Source of the DNA: Selaginella moellendorffii | Taxonomy: Eukaryota > Plantae > Lycopodiophyta | Length of the DNA: 64,000 bases | Direction of reading: 5' to 3' | Assembly (NCBI RefSeq): GCF_000143415.4 | Contig: NW_003314349.1 | Coordinates: 629,172-693,171, forward strand | Shown: one piece after another, positions 12,701 to 26,610 of the stretch | Position numbering within the stretch: position 1 is the stretch's first letter | Layout: each line of letters opens with the position of its first letter | Position numbers and translations under genes: made by a program | The notes under the pieces: model-generated | Told to the model about the DNA's origin: nothing | What the model saw: the letters and a program-made list of their open reading frames with translations, nothing else | Database searches by the model: none

Positions 12701-15700
12701 CCGGGAGAGGCAGGAAACAAAATGCTCGGCCCTCCACGGACACTGGACCTCTTTCATCTTCTTTGACTTCATTGCTGCCATCTTCGGACATCCTGGCAGC
12801 AATCCCAGCCCATGGAACGAATCCTCTGCTTCGGTTAGCTGGCGATATGGCAAACTCCTTTGCGTTCCCTCCACCAACGGAGCTACATATAAGCCAGGAC
12901 GAGGAAGAGTTGTCATCCGGAGCTGCTACCTCTATCCTGATCTTCCCGCAACACCAAGGCAGCTGCTTGTCTGCAGTTTTTTCCAGTCGCTTCACAAACT
13001 GTTCCTTGTCGTATTTCTGCCGGGTGTTACCAGTGACAAACTCGTAGAGGCTGGTTTCCTGGTAATCAGCATTTTCCCTGTGAACCTTGAATATCTCCTG
13101 AGCCTCGGCATGTAAACCGTCACGTACGTACAGCTTTATCGACGTTACATGCCGGAGGAACAGCAAAACTTCGCCAGCAGACTTCTTGAGAGCCGAGAAA
13201 AGTGTGACGACGTCCTCAGGTTGATACGGATCCTGCTTTATTTCGCTCCGAGCAGCAGTCACTGTTGTCCTCAGCGGAAAACGGAATAGAGTGCCTAGAA
13301 AAGGCTTCTGGAGGTCGCATCCAAAGAGGAGGAAAGACTCAAACTGATCAGGGAACTGTTTGAGCAGTTCCTTGCCAACGAAGTTAATCTTCAAACCCGG
13401 TTGAGCAGGAGAGATGCCTGGAAGGTTACCAGCGTGTGGATCAAGCAGCACAATCGTTGAACCTGAGACAAAGCTTGGCACGTCGGTGAAATGGTAGACA
13501 GAGTTAAAGCCAAGGCCAAATCTCCCAATGGCGGACGGCTTGTCGAGCTTGCTGTTCTGGCCGATGCGTGATATTGCATAGAAGTCCTCCGGCTTAAAAA
13601 CGGAATCGTTGTAACAGTAGAGAGCTGGCCCCTGCCAGTCAGCCATTTGCCGGGAGAGGACGGAGTTTGTGCCGAAGGAAGACTTGTCGAGGAGAAAGCT
13701 CACTTCCGTGGCACCGGCATCATCTGCGTTTTGCAACAGCTCAAACAGCGTCCCAGGTCCGTCCGCATACATCTCTACGATGTGTTTTAGCCGGCTTGTC
13801 AGCGACTCACTCTGTCCAAAGGCTTCCATACCACCATGCAGTCCCAGGTCCACGAAGTCGGCACTTTTGGCAAGCAGCGACTCTCGAACGGAAGCGATAC
13901 CAACTTTCTCAGCGACGTCGTTGGAAATCTTCGAATGCACTAGCTTCTTGTTTGGAATGTCCTTGGAGGCCACGAGCCAGGGGGCATCGTTGTAGACAAG
14001 CTGAGACGACGGCAAGAGGATGCCATCGCAGTCTGGAATAACAATTTCCTTCCCCTGCTCGCCAAAGTTCGTGTCTGCTAGATGTTGTACGATCCAGATA
14101 GCCGCAGCTAGTTGCCGAGAGTCCAAGGGATCTCCACACTTCTCACTTGCAATAACAGCAAGGATCGTACTGTAGCCTGCCGGGTCTAGCGATTCCTTCA
14201 CCCCAAGTTCCAAAAAAAGCTCCTTGAAAGCAGCGAGATCAGCTGGAACGACGTGAAGATAAGGAGTCAAGTGCAAAGCTCCATCGAAAACAACTTCCCT
14301 GGCCATTGCGAACCTGCTTCCAACCCATATCCAGGAACGGTCTTCGAGAATGGCCTTGACAATTTCCATCTCATCACTTCCCAACATATCGCTCAGCATA
14401 GAGTAGATCTTCGGAACAGTTGTAGCTAGAATTTTCCTCAGCTTGAAGTTGTCACCTTTTCCAAGCTCCAGTAGCTGAGCAGCCAGTATATTGCCACTTA
14501 GCTTGGAATTCCATCCAAGACGTTGACATAATCCTGGAGAGTCGCACTGTCCGTCTAGAATTCGCATGGTCGCCGAGACAAGCCAAATATCGGAAGGCAG
14601 CCTCACTAGCCTTGGTGGTGCTAAAGACTGTGACACCACTGGCCAAGGCATCTGATCGTGAGGTGGCTCCAGTAGCACCGGGCACCAGCATATGTTGGCC
14701 AGTTCACTCCAAAACTTCGACAGTGTAGAGTCCTTTTCGCCTTGGAGAATTGAAAGTATCCAGTTGGTTCCTGCTTCTTGCAGCCACTTGCTTGCGTTCT
14801 TGTCGAGGTACGACAGTAGAACACGCCCTCGTAAAGTTGCCTGGTCAGGAACACTTGCCGAGAGCCCCTCGATAGCTCGGGCACTGGCCAGTATAGTGTC
14901 TGGAGTGACGCTACTTCTCAGTCCCAGATGGCGCAAACTCTGAAGGACGTCGGGACTAGAGTAGTCGGGGGATGGAAAAAACTGCTGGCTGTCCAAAATG
15001 CTCACAAGCTCCGGAATCTCTGGGTCGTAAAGAGCATCTGGCGCTCGAAGCTTGCCGGCTCCGGTAGGCACGAACGAGAGCTTCTTGAGAATACCGACGA
15101 GAGAACGATCTTCGACACTTAGCTCCGGAAGTTCACGAAGAATTTGAAGCATTGACAGGTCCCGCAGCTCTGTAGGAAGATTACTTATGTCGCTCAGTAT
15201 CCTCCATTTGAAAAAATCTGCCTTCTTGAGTTGCATGACATCTAGCAGCTGCGTCAAAACTTCGTGCTCCCGTGAGCCACTTGAATGCAAACAGTCCGGT
15301 CCCAAGAGTGTCTCGTCCACTCCACTAGGTGGCAAGAATTTCTTACCACCTTCTAAGGAAACGAAAACCAGATCCCTTGTTCCCAAATCACGGTAGGCCT
15401 CGAATATCGGTAGCGTCTTGAATATCTGTAGACGAGACTCGTTCATCTCATTCCTGCTACCCCAGCACACGTCGTATAGAAAAGCCCTGAGTTCTCTCCT
15501 TTCCAAACCAGAGAGAGCAGTAAAACTCTCTGCAAGTTTTGAGAGATTGTTAGCGGCGCTGAATCCAATGGCATCCAAAACTTCCGCGACAGTGGGATCA
15601 AGAACATATCTCGACAGCTGAGGATGGTCGAGCGTCACCTGCGTGTCCAAGAACAAGCAGCCAGCTTTGATGAAAACACCTTCCAAACTGCTGCTTATCT

Positions 15701-17983
15701 TGCCGCCTTTGAGAATCCCCGAGAAACGGACAGGCCTTCGTAACGTCCCTGTGGTCGTTGGTAGTATTGGCCACTGCTGCAACTTCGATAAATCTCGTTG
15801 TTGAGCAGCGAGATGCTCCCAGAAAAAACCAAGCCACTCTTTCGAAGGCTGCTTTCTAAGCCCAGGCTGCCAACGTACCTCACCACCATTCTTCCATTCA
15901 GGAGGTAGTACGTACTGCAGAATCTCGGCCAAAGTTGTATCGTCAATCAAACAAATATTGCTCCGACCTGTTCTTGCAATGTTGTTGAGCCTCGCAACCA
16001 GCCCGGGAGGAAGATTTTCGTCGACAAGCTTGTCGGGTATACCTTTGAACAGCCTGATCTCCAAGGCGGTGCATAAAAAATATGAGCACTCCTCGCCTTT
16101 TAAGGCAAACCGTCCTGTTCCCAGACTTTGTAAAGGAACGAGAGGGAGTCTTCTCAGATGTTCTGCTGCTTCTTCGTCTACGAGATCCGATAAGCAGTAG
16201 TCGAGAATTGCAAAGAGATGAGACCTCTCTGCTGGGCCCTTCTGTCGCTTGCTCTTCAAGAAGTGAGTCCTCACAGAAAATGGTGTGACGACTTTAAACT
16301 CGGCATCGCAAAACTTGAAGACTGCGTCTCTTAGCGGCTTCGGCAAACGGACAAGAGGCAAACCATCCGCTACAAGTGCGTCAGCCAGTACCTCGGCCTT
16401 CTCATACTCTTCGTCGTGGAACAGAACTCCCATTGGTGACAACCATTTCCCTTCTGCAACTCTGGAATGAAGAAGTGGCTCTGCGGCAATGCTCCGATAA
16501 AAGTGCTGCACGAGTTTGATCCACGGAGCCCCCGAATTTCCCAGTGGCCACATAGAACTGTACGTGGCTCCCGGGCCAAGCTTCCGAGCTTCCAGAAGAA
16601 GCTGTCGCAGACACAGTGCCGCAACATCCTCCAAAACGCACTGGTTCCAATCTGAGCGAAGCTTTCCCATCCTGTCCATGTCGGAACCGTGCCATATATC
16701 TCGTCGATTTGCCGAGAGCTCGAAGTATCCGTTGACGTGAAACGGCATCCCGGTTTTTATAGGAAGCGGAAGAAAGCAAAACGCGCGACCTTCGACCTCC
16801 ATTCCTACAAAGGTGGTTAGATCATTTCTCTCAAAACAAGTAGACAATATATACTGACCTTACCGGGTAAAATAGATGCAGCAACTGATGCCCAAGGAAG
16901 AAGACGCAGGCCATAACTCTTGAAAGCATTTGTAGCCAGAGCACCAATTCTGCTAGCGGAAGACCCCATAGCTTGCGAGATAAGAAACGAGCTCAAACTT
17001 TCCTTGCCGCTGTCAGCCCCTGTGTAAGCATTGGTAACCAGCTCCAATCTGAAAACATCCTTCGTTTCTTCGCTAGCAGCAGCGTCTTTTCCCTTGGAAA
17101 GCCTCAGAAACAGCTGCCTGTGCGATCTTATCTCGGAAGTTGGCAGCCTCACGGCACACGAGTAAAGCAGAGTCGGGGAGCTAGAACCGGCGCTCCACTC
17201 GTAAAACTCCACGCGTTCGACGTTCTTGAGAAAGAGCATCACCTGTACAATCTCGTGATATAAATCGCGGAGAAGCTCCAGCATGTCAGTGGAAGTATAC
17301 GACTGCTTGGAAAGCTTGCTGGTGGCGGCTTGCTCGGCAGACCTCAATGGAAATCTAAAGAGAGTACCTCCGAAAGGACGTCGCATGTCACAGCCGAAAA
17401 CACAGTATGGCGAGAACTGGTCGGGAAAGTTCTCGAGAGCCGTGGAAGCGACAAAGTCAATGCGTTTGCCAGGATTTAGCGACGATACACTCGGCAAGAA
17501 CTGGCACTGCGGATCGAAGAAGACGACGTGACTGCCACTCACAAACGATGGCAGATCCGAGAGATGGTACACGGAGTTAAATCCAATCCTAGAAACCACA
17601 AGCTCGCTTAGAAAGAAGCGCATCTTGGAAGAGGAAATTTCTTACCCAAATCGGCCAGTCTTCCACGCCTGGCCGCGCTTCTTGCTGTCGCCAATCCTGG
17701 AAATGCTCTGGAAATCCTCCTCCGTGAAGGCGGCATTGTTGTAGGCGAGGAGGGCGGGGCCTTGCCACTGCGCTAGCGGCGGCGAGACGAGGGAATCGAC
17801 GGCGTGGCGGCGGCGATCCACACAGAAACACACCTGGCTCGCTCCCGCGTCGTCCGCGTTCTGGATCATCTCCTTGAGGATGGTCGTCCCCTCGGGATAG
17901 TTGAGCAGCACCTCGCGGATCCGCTGCGTGAGGTCCACCTTCTGCCCGAAATCCTCCATGAATCCCCCGCGCGCGTCCATCAT
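3787..17983 (-). CDS. Sacsin-like giant protein with C-terminal C3HC4 RING (At5g23110-like), multi-exon
   Basis: Three sacsin repeat regions with HSP90-like GHKL motifs (EMIQNADDAGA, GRFGxGFNSVYH, GTLFRFPLR; ELLQNADDAGA; a degenerate third, DLLEVADCCQA) and C-terminal CRIC..PCGHVLCHSC..CPFCR. ORF-track pieces are joined by short GT-AG introns. Confidence 0.93.
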
Positions 17984-18344
17984 TTTCTAGGGCTTTCAGA
18001 GCTGCGAGTGAGGTTTATAAAAAACCATCCGTACACGGCACGGACTGGAAAATTTGAGTTTTATTCTGACAGCTCAAAGAATCCAACGCGATAAATAATC
18101 TCTTGTACGGAATGGTACAAAACGCTTAGTGTCCGTACATATTGTACAGCATTTTGTAACATAATGTGTCAAAGATTATGAATCTCTTGCCAACTATAAC
18201 TTGGAAGGTGAAATTTCACTAGAGCAACATTGGTATCTCTTGGACAGAATGAGTTTTGTATATGAAAGTGAACAAATTTTTTGTGAACTTTCAAGCTGTT
18301 CTGGATAGCTATTGTACTAAGTGCAAGGTTATGGAATCTAGTTC

Positions 18345-19533
<1,189 letters not shown>

Positions 19534-19627
19534 AATGGTGATCGATGGAGACTTTTCTCGTTCTCTTCTCTTGCGAAAGACTTTGGAAGCTTGCTTTGCT
19601 TGGTGTTCTCGACGAATTCATCTCAGG

Positions 19628-19635
19628 TTATATAT
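19628..19635 (-). promoter_or_regulatory. Putative TATA box of the peroxidase gene
   Basis: TATATAA on the minus strand ~95 nt upstream of the ATG at 19533. Confidence 0.5.
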
Positions 19636-22117
19636 ACTCGCAAAGAGATACTATTTGGTTTGTACAGTCTCACCATGCCGACATTTCTCGTGAGTTTCTT
19701 CTTAGATTCCACCATATCTTCGGACAATTTCGTTATTTTTTAAGAAAGCTACATGGTCTCGGATGGATCATGGAGGTAATGATCGCAAGCCGACAATGGA
19801 CGCCCACATACTTTGTTGGATATTGGTGTTGACACGCTTATGTTATTCGTGGACATTGGAAACGCGAAATCATAGACTTTTTCTCCCCGCGCGCTGACCA
19901 TTCTACTTCCGGCGACGAATGCGCGTGAAAGAATCATTTCTTTTTTCCTTTGACAAGCCTAGTCAAAGTCAACTTTATCGATATTCTGGAAGGATTCCTT
20001 TTTAGATTAGAACATTAGAAACGGTGTAGTAAATATTCTTAAAATATTCAAGTATATTGTATCTAGTATTTCTAAAATACTCAAGAATACTTATTCATGC
20101 AAATTCTCATCCTTTGATGAGACCTGCTTCTTTAAGTCAAGTTCTCATAAGGTCCCTTCAATAGGTTCTTTTTGTTGAAAGTAGTTCTTGCATCTAACCT
20201 GTCACTTGTTTGCAGAAACCAAAGCAATTCAGATCTCTTGCAATTTGCAATGTGTAGAGAATAAAAATATTATTATGGTTTTATGGTTTTGTGGTTTTAT
20301 AACTTATGGTTTTTTTATTTGACTTATTAATCCAATTGATCAAATAAAGTTTATGATTATAAGAAACTCTTTCAGTGATGCCAACCAAGCCTAGGAAAAC
20401 AAGTGAGATCTCTTTTATCACAACGCAAGCTTTCATTTCTATTGGAAATTCAGCTCAACAACCAGAAATTGCTTAATAGGAAATTATGGACTTCAAGACA
20501 ACCTTCTAGTAGCTATCACATAATATGGCTAGTATAATATTTGCTATAGCTTATACAATGGTCTGTTAAGTAGATTACTTAAAATGCTAGAGAGAGAAAA
20601 ACTTAATTAATTTAACATATGATGGTTTAAATTTTCTATGTAATATGATCAATAGTTTGGCTTTTGATTTTCTTAAACTAACCTATATACATAGAATATG
20701 TGAGGATATTTATTATACTTATTTAGTTTTAAATCTAGTTATAGCTATAAAATTTTCTGCTATGTGTTGCATGTAGCAATGCTTGGTTTGCTTAATAATA
20801 GTGTTATTCCTACTTATTAATCCCATTGATCAAATCAAAGTTTATAATTATAAGCATGTTTCTAATTTATAAACACAAGATTAAACGTATTTCATATCAA
20901 CCAGAATAAAAAATAATATACTAGAAAGTGTTTAAGAAAGTTTATAAATTATAAATATAAAATTAATCTAAATGAATAAGAACCATGAGATTATAGAATA
21001 TCCTAGAATATCCTAGAATATCCAGATATATTTTAGGTACCATCCTACTCCCTTACAGATTTGCTTAAGCAAACCAATTAATTATTTACTTGTGTTTTTG
21101 CTAATGCCTCACCAAGTTTATATTTTGAGTGGGAGCAATTGAACTGATGGGCCCAAATGAGCTGGCTGTCAAGGCATAAGGACAAGTAAGATTTTGTTGT
21201 GGTTTGGAGTAATGTATGCAAACTTTGGTTTAGAAAAAAATATTTAATAATTATAAAGCTGATGGATCTAAAGACAATCCAGCTTTGGTGAAGAATTTAT
21301 TAATTGAAATAATTTATTGTTAAACTTATTCAAAGTTTTCCAATCTCAATTTGATTTAGTTCTCTATGCTCTTTTTTCTATTTTCTCTTCTTCTTAACTT
21401 ATGTTTAGACTCCAGTTTTTTCCATCACTATTTGGAGTGGAAGGAACACTTCTAGTGCCTGGTCACCAAGTATAAGACTAGCTCACTGGCTCATTAGTGT
21501 TCACAGCCCCAGCTTCAAGATTGGTCCTACAGGAACATTCAGTGATTTTTCTAGCAATCAAGTCAAACTAACCTACATTGACAATACATCCTTTACTTTT
21601 GTTTCCAAATTACCTTTTTGCCTAGAGTTTAAGCTCAACTGAGATTGATTGACAAGTTTGATTCCTCTACTTTAACTCCTCTATGGAATGTCATGCTTGC
21701 CACGCCACTACACCATAGTTAACATAAAGTATTTAAAAGTTACACACCCATGAAAGGCATTGGTCAATTGTTGCTGTCCTAGTGTAAAATTAAATATCTC
21801 ATTTAAATTTGTATAGATTTTGTAGGCATTATAAGTATATAAGTTAAAAAAAATTTAAATGCAATATCAAATTTAATATAAGAGAAAAAAAAAAGCATGC
21901 TTCAATAGTGACAAGGTAATCATTTTTTTTGACAAATTATACTTTTGATATTGAGTTACTATCATTTTAAACTACATGGCCAATTATGCAAGTAATGTAG
22001 GAAATTAAATCGGAATCATTAAGATATGCTAACAATTAATCCATTTTGACATATTCTAGTATTATAATAAATAGATATACTTTATATAAATTTGAATAGA
22101 GTTGTGAGGTTTGTAAA

Positions 22118-22124
22118 TACATAC

Positions 22125-22207
<83 letters not shown>

Positions 22208-22279
22208 AATATACATATATATATATACATACATACATACATACATATACATACACATATATAACATACATATATATAC

Positions 22280-22312
<33 letters not shown>

Positions 22313-22394
22313 CATATGTATATATATGTATATATACCTATATATATATGTATATATATGTATATATATATAGATACACACACACATACATATG
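22118..22394 (+). repeat. Compound (TA)n/(TACA)n microsatellite inside the left LTR of the outer element
   Basis: About 280 bp of TA/CA/TACA repeats; source of the spurious YI-rich ORFs. Confidence 0.95.
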
Positions 22395-24373
22395 TATTAC
22401 CTTGGCTTGGTAATATACTAATTATAGTATTATAGCATATAAACCATCCATTTAAGATTAAATATAGTCCATCCATTCTTGTATATAAGCAAGGGTCTAA
22501 ACCCTAATTAATATACCTATTCTAAGTATTTACATTTGGAGATGAAAGATATTGCAATTTATCTTTGAAGGGCAAAGTTTTTTAGCAGTGCTTGAAGGGT
22601 AAAGCTTTTTGGCAGTGCTTTACTCTAGTGTTTAGAATCGTGCTTTTTATTCTTATTTTTCATTCTTTTTTAGATTTAAATTTGTATTAACTTTTTGCAA
22701 GATCTAGAATTTTAAATATTGTTGTGTTTAAATTTATTTTTTCTTTTGACCTTCATTGCATTTTTTTATTCTACCATACCATGCCATTATCAATCAAGAA
22801 GTATGTCACTTAAAGCTATTAATGCTACTCCGTTGGATTAAACTTTTGGTGTTATAGAGTGTGATCATACTAGTGATGCACCCATTCTTGGTGTGTTGCT
22901 ATCTTCAATTTTTATAAGACATGATTACATTGTTTGTCTTGTTCTTAATGTTTTGCCATCTTTTGTTAATGTAGAGTGTGATTATGATATTGATTGACAA
23001 ATTATGGATAATGTAGGATGGTTTCTAGAGAATGTTCAAGGATCAAGTTTATGGGAAGACAATATTTATGAGCTCGAATGGATTCTAAATTGTGATGAAG
23101 AGCTTAATTATTATAGAAATAACTTTGGAGATGGCATGGATATTTTATGAGGTAGGTGTTAATCTTTTAATTTGCCATATGATCCTTTTTCTTTACCTTT
23201 TATTCTTTCCCAACCTTTTCTTATTTTTCAGCTTGAGCCACTTTTTCATGTTCTTAATATTTTTTCCTCATTTATAATGTTTTCTTCTTTTGGCACGTTG
23301 ATAATTTATAATCCAATGTTGAGTAGAGTGTTTTTTGTCCTCTTCATACTAATCTAGATGTTGAAGTTAAGAATTTTGCTTTAATTTCATTAGCAAAGTC
23401 TTTAATCAATTTTGGTATTGAGTATTCCTCTATTCCAAGGATGAAATTACTTTGGCCAAAATTTTAAGTTGAATGTATATCCCCAGTTGTGAGTGCTAAG
23501 AGCCTTTGTTTTACCATTGCTACTAAGAAATTTATGTATTCTCTTCAGCGTATGGATGTTATTATTGATTTTCCCATTTCAAATATTAAATTAGATATTG
23601 AGGAGGTTGAGTAATCTGAATCTTTTGTTTATATTGTGGTGGGCAAAGTATTTTCTATTAGGAAGTCCTTTATTTTCCAAGTTTTGAGCACATGTCTTTC
23701 TTTTGATTTCCCCATTTTTGCATTGACAGCTATTGCAAATTCCTTTTCTAATACTTCTTTATCCACTTTTTCTTTTTCCATAATCAATTTTCCTCATTTT
23801 CTCTTTTTTGCCCTAACACTTTATACTTTTTTTTTCTTCGAAGGAGGGGGTAGAGGGGATAGATGGGAGTCTAGCCCCAATAATGAAGTAAGGACAAGCA
23901 AATACGGTAGTGGAGCAAGAACAAACAACATGGATTGTGAAGTGAAGATGAGCATAATAAGTCCAAATGAAATATCTAGCCTCGACTTAATGAGGCCGAA
24001 TAGATATAATAATAGAGTGAGGCCAAACATAGATGGTAAAGTGAGCCATTGCTTTAAAACTTTTTTTCCTTCAAGAAGGGGATAAAAAGGATATAAAAGA
24101 TGAACAAGGTGAGTTTGATTTCTCATGTGCGGTATTGAACGAGGATGATGGTTCTAAGTCTAAGTTAATATAAGTCTATGATGTTTACCGAAGGAAGGCA
24201 CAATAACAAGTTTTACTTATGGTCCTAATTCCAAATTAATGGTGGTCTTGGAGAATTATCGATAAATTGATAAACAAACTTAAAGATGGGATATATTGTT
24301 TACTGTAATGGTGCTCTATGAACTATAGTGGTACTTAAAGTCCCTTTCTTTAGTTCAAAGTTATAGTTCTATG

Positions 24374-24968
24374 TGTAAGCAACCAAAGGGAACGACTTGA
24401 GAGACGATCCGTTAGGGTTCAAATATAGAGGGAAAGGGCCCATGAACAAGAGTGCACCCCCTTTTCCAATCGGTTAAGGGTCTTGGGATAGTTGGAGTTA
24501 AGCGTCCTTGGGTTTGAATAGTACTGGGCTGGGTGACCTCCCGGGAAGTCCAAACTCAGGAGCTTACATTTGGTATCAGAGCGGTCTCGGGTCCGACTCT
24601 GTTGGTTGGCTAAGGGAATCGCACCACATGTTGATTGACATCTGGCTGGTCCAGTTTGCTCCCGCTGGGCTCGACCCGAGGGGTAGGGTGTCAAGAGAGC
24701 GGGGCTCTCGGGAGAGCTGCGGCTCTCAGCTTCCGTTCACGAGGGCGTGAACTTGCAGGGAAGCGTGGTGGATTGTAAGCAACCAAAGGGAACGACTTGA
24801 GAGACGATCCGTTAGGGTTCAAATATAGAGGGAAAGGGCCCATGAACAAGAGTGCACCCCCTTTTCCAATCGGTTAAGGGTCTTGGGATAGTTGGAGTTA
24901 AGCGTCCTTGGGTTTGAATAGTACTGGGCTGGGTGACCTCCTGGGAAGTCCAAACTCAGGAGCTTACA
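24374..24968 (+). mobile_element. Cassandra-type TRIM (non-autonomous LTR retrotransposon with 5S rRNA-derived LTR segment)
   Basis: 195-bp LTRs 24374-24568 and 24774-24968 differing at one base (24542 C / 24942 T). Termini TGTAAGC...GCTTACA, 5-bp TSD CTATG, PBS TGGTATCAGAGC (tRNA-iMet), 205-bp non-coding interior, PPT GGGAAGCGTGGTGGA. The LTRs carry AGTTAAGCGTCCTTGGG..TAGTACTGGGCTGGGTGACCTCCYGGGAAGTCC, matching the 5S A-box/IE/C-box region. Confidence 0.93.
24496..24551 (+). promoter_or_regulatory. 5S rRNA-derived Pol III type-1 internal promoter in the Cassandra 5' LTR (second copy 24896-24951)
   Basis: A-box AGTTAAGCGTCC, intermediate element GTA and C-box GGCTGGGTGACC. Only the 3' half of 5S is present. 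Confidence 0.85.
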
Positions 24969-26009
24969 CTATGGTTAGTTTGAGCATTTGGGAATTGCAT
25001 ACGGAGTTGCAACTGGTTCACCAAGATGTAAGCGACTAATTTTCCATTCTACTTTAGTCATTTAACCGCACCTCCGACCACTTGGAGGAGTCTCATTCAC
25101 AACCTTCATAAGTCCCATTCAGAACTTAGGGCTTGCTAGCCCCATGAATGGCATCCACGCCACTCAACTTTTGCACTTGGTCCAAGTGCTCCACGTGTCC
25201 AATTCCATGACCAACACCCCAGGGTACCACTGACATACCTGCCCGTTACACTAAGCCATGCCCATTCACCTTGGTCACATTGGTGGTCCAAAACCACCTG
25301 CATTACAATCCCGTCTCTCAAAGACTAGGCCATCCATCCATGAGTGGCTATCCCAGATCCACTCTATAGCATCCTCAGGATGCTTGCAGACATGGGGAAT
25401 AACCTTCCCCAATGTCTCCTTTCCGGTCCTCACCAAGTCCCTTCCTGTCCATGGCTGTGTTCACCAACACTGCCACTGGATCAAGGCCCACAGGCCCGAC
25501 CACTAAGTCCAACTGTCCTCTAGGACTTCCTCACTGTGTGACTGTGTCCTTTGTCACCGCACTAGAGGGCTACTCCTCTCCCTTTCCACAGTCTGGGACT
25601 TTGGGGCAATATTTCGGAACACCGTGGGCCTCGTGGGTACTCTCCTTGCCTTCTGCCTTTGGATGCTCTAGCCATGGGCTTAGAGCGAGGTTCTATTGAG
25701 CCACACCAGGTATCCAAGTAGGTAGTGCCACCCACACTTGGACTGGGAGCATCAGCCAGTCGATCTTCCGGGGGAATTAGAGCCGGCTCTTGAACACTTC
25801 ACCAAGCTACCCCGCTTGTCGGTCCGTGTTCACTCTAGTCTTGGACTTCCCAGTGGGCAGCTCATCACCCAACATTGGGTCCGGCCTTCCTGGGCCAAAC
25901 TGGCCTTTCCTGGCCAAACTGGCTCCACTGCAGTCCTCCCCCTTACTATACTTTTGGAGCTCACCAAACCCCCTAGGGTTTGGGAGATGAACGCTTTGGG
26001 CTTTCACCC

Positions 26010-26610
26010 TCTCAGACTTGAACTCGGACTCGGACTCGAACTCGGACTCGGACTCGGACCCGGACTCAGACTCGGACTCGGGCTCGGGCTCGGTCTCGGC
26101 CTCGACCTCGGTCTTGGTCTCAGTCCCGATCTCGGTCTCGGTCTCGGTCCCGGTCTCAGTCTCGACTTCGGACTCCATCTCGGACTCCATCTCGAGTCCA
26201 TCTCGGACTCCATCTCGGACTCCATCTCGGGTCCATCGCAGACTCCATCTCGGACTCCATCTCGGGTCCATCTCGGACTCCATCTCGGGTCCATCTCGGG
26301 TCCATCTCGAACTCCATCTCGGGTCCATCTCAAACTCCATCTCGGACTCCATCTCGAGTCCATCTCGGACTCCATCTCGGACTCCATCTTGGACTCCATC
26401 TCGGGTCCATCTCAGACTCCATCTCGGGTCCATTTCGGGTCCATCTCGGACTCCATCTCGGGTCCATTTCGGGTCCATCTTGGACTCCATCTCGGGTCTG
26501 TCTTGGACTCAATCTCGGATCCATCTCGGGTCCACCTCGGACTCCACCTTGGACTCCATCTTGGGGTCCTTCTCGGACTCCACTTCGAACTCCAACTCGG
26601 GTCCATCTCG
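26010..26610 (+). repeat. LTR-embedded minisatellite (6-bp GACTCG/GTCTCG units, then 11/12-bp GGGTCCATCTC / GGACTCCATCTC units)
   Basis: Tandem array seen directly. Confidence 0.93.

Noticed and set aside
21420-21780. Possible MULE/SWIM remnant (minus-strand ..TECSCRTNLEAG..)
   Set aside because: A single weak motif amid stops, with no TIRs or TSD identified.
22036-22476. YI/YV-rich hydrophobic ORFs
   Set aside because: Artefacts of the (TA)n/(TACA)n microsatellite.
24496-24951. Two 5S rRNA genes
   Set aside because: Only ~56 nt of the 5S 3' half, embedded in LTRs with PBS, PPT and TSD; this is Cassandra, not rDNA.
26160-26610. Possible CRISPR array
   Set aside because: Contiguous 11-12 bp units without unique spacers, no cas genes, eukaryotic context.
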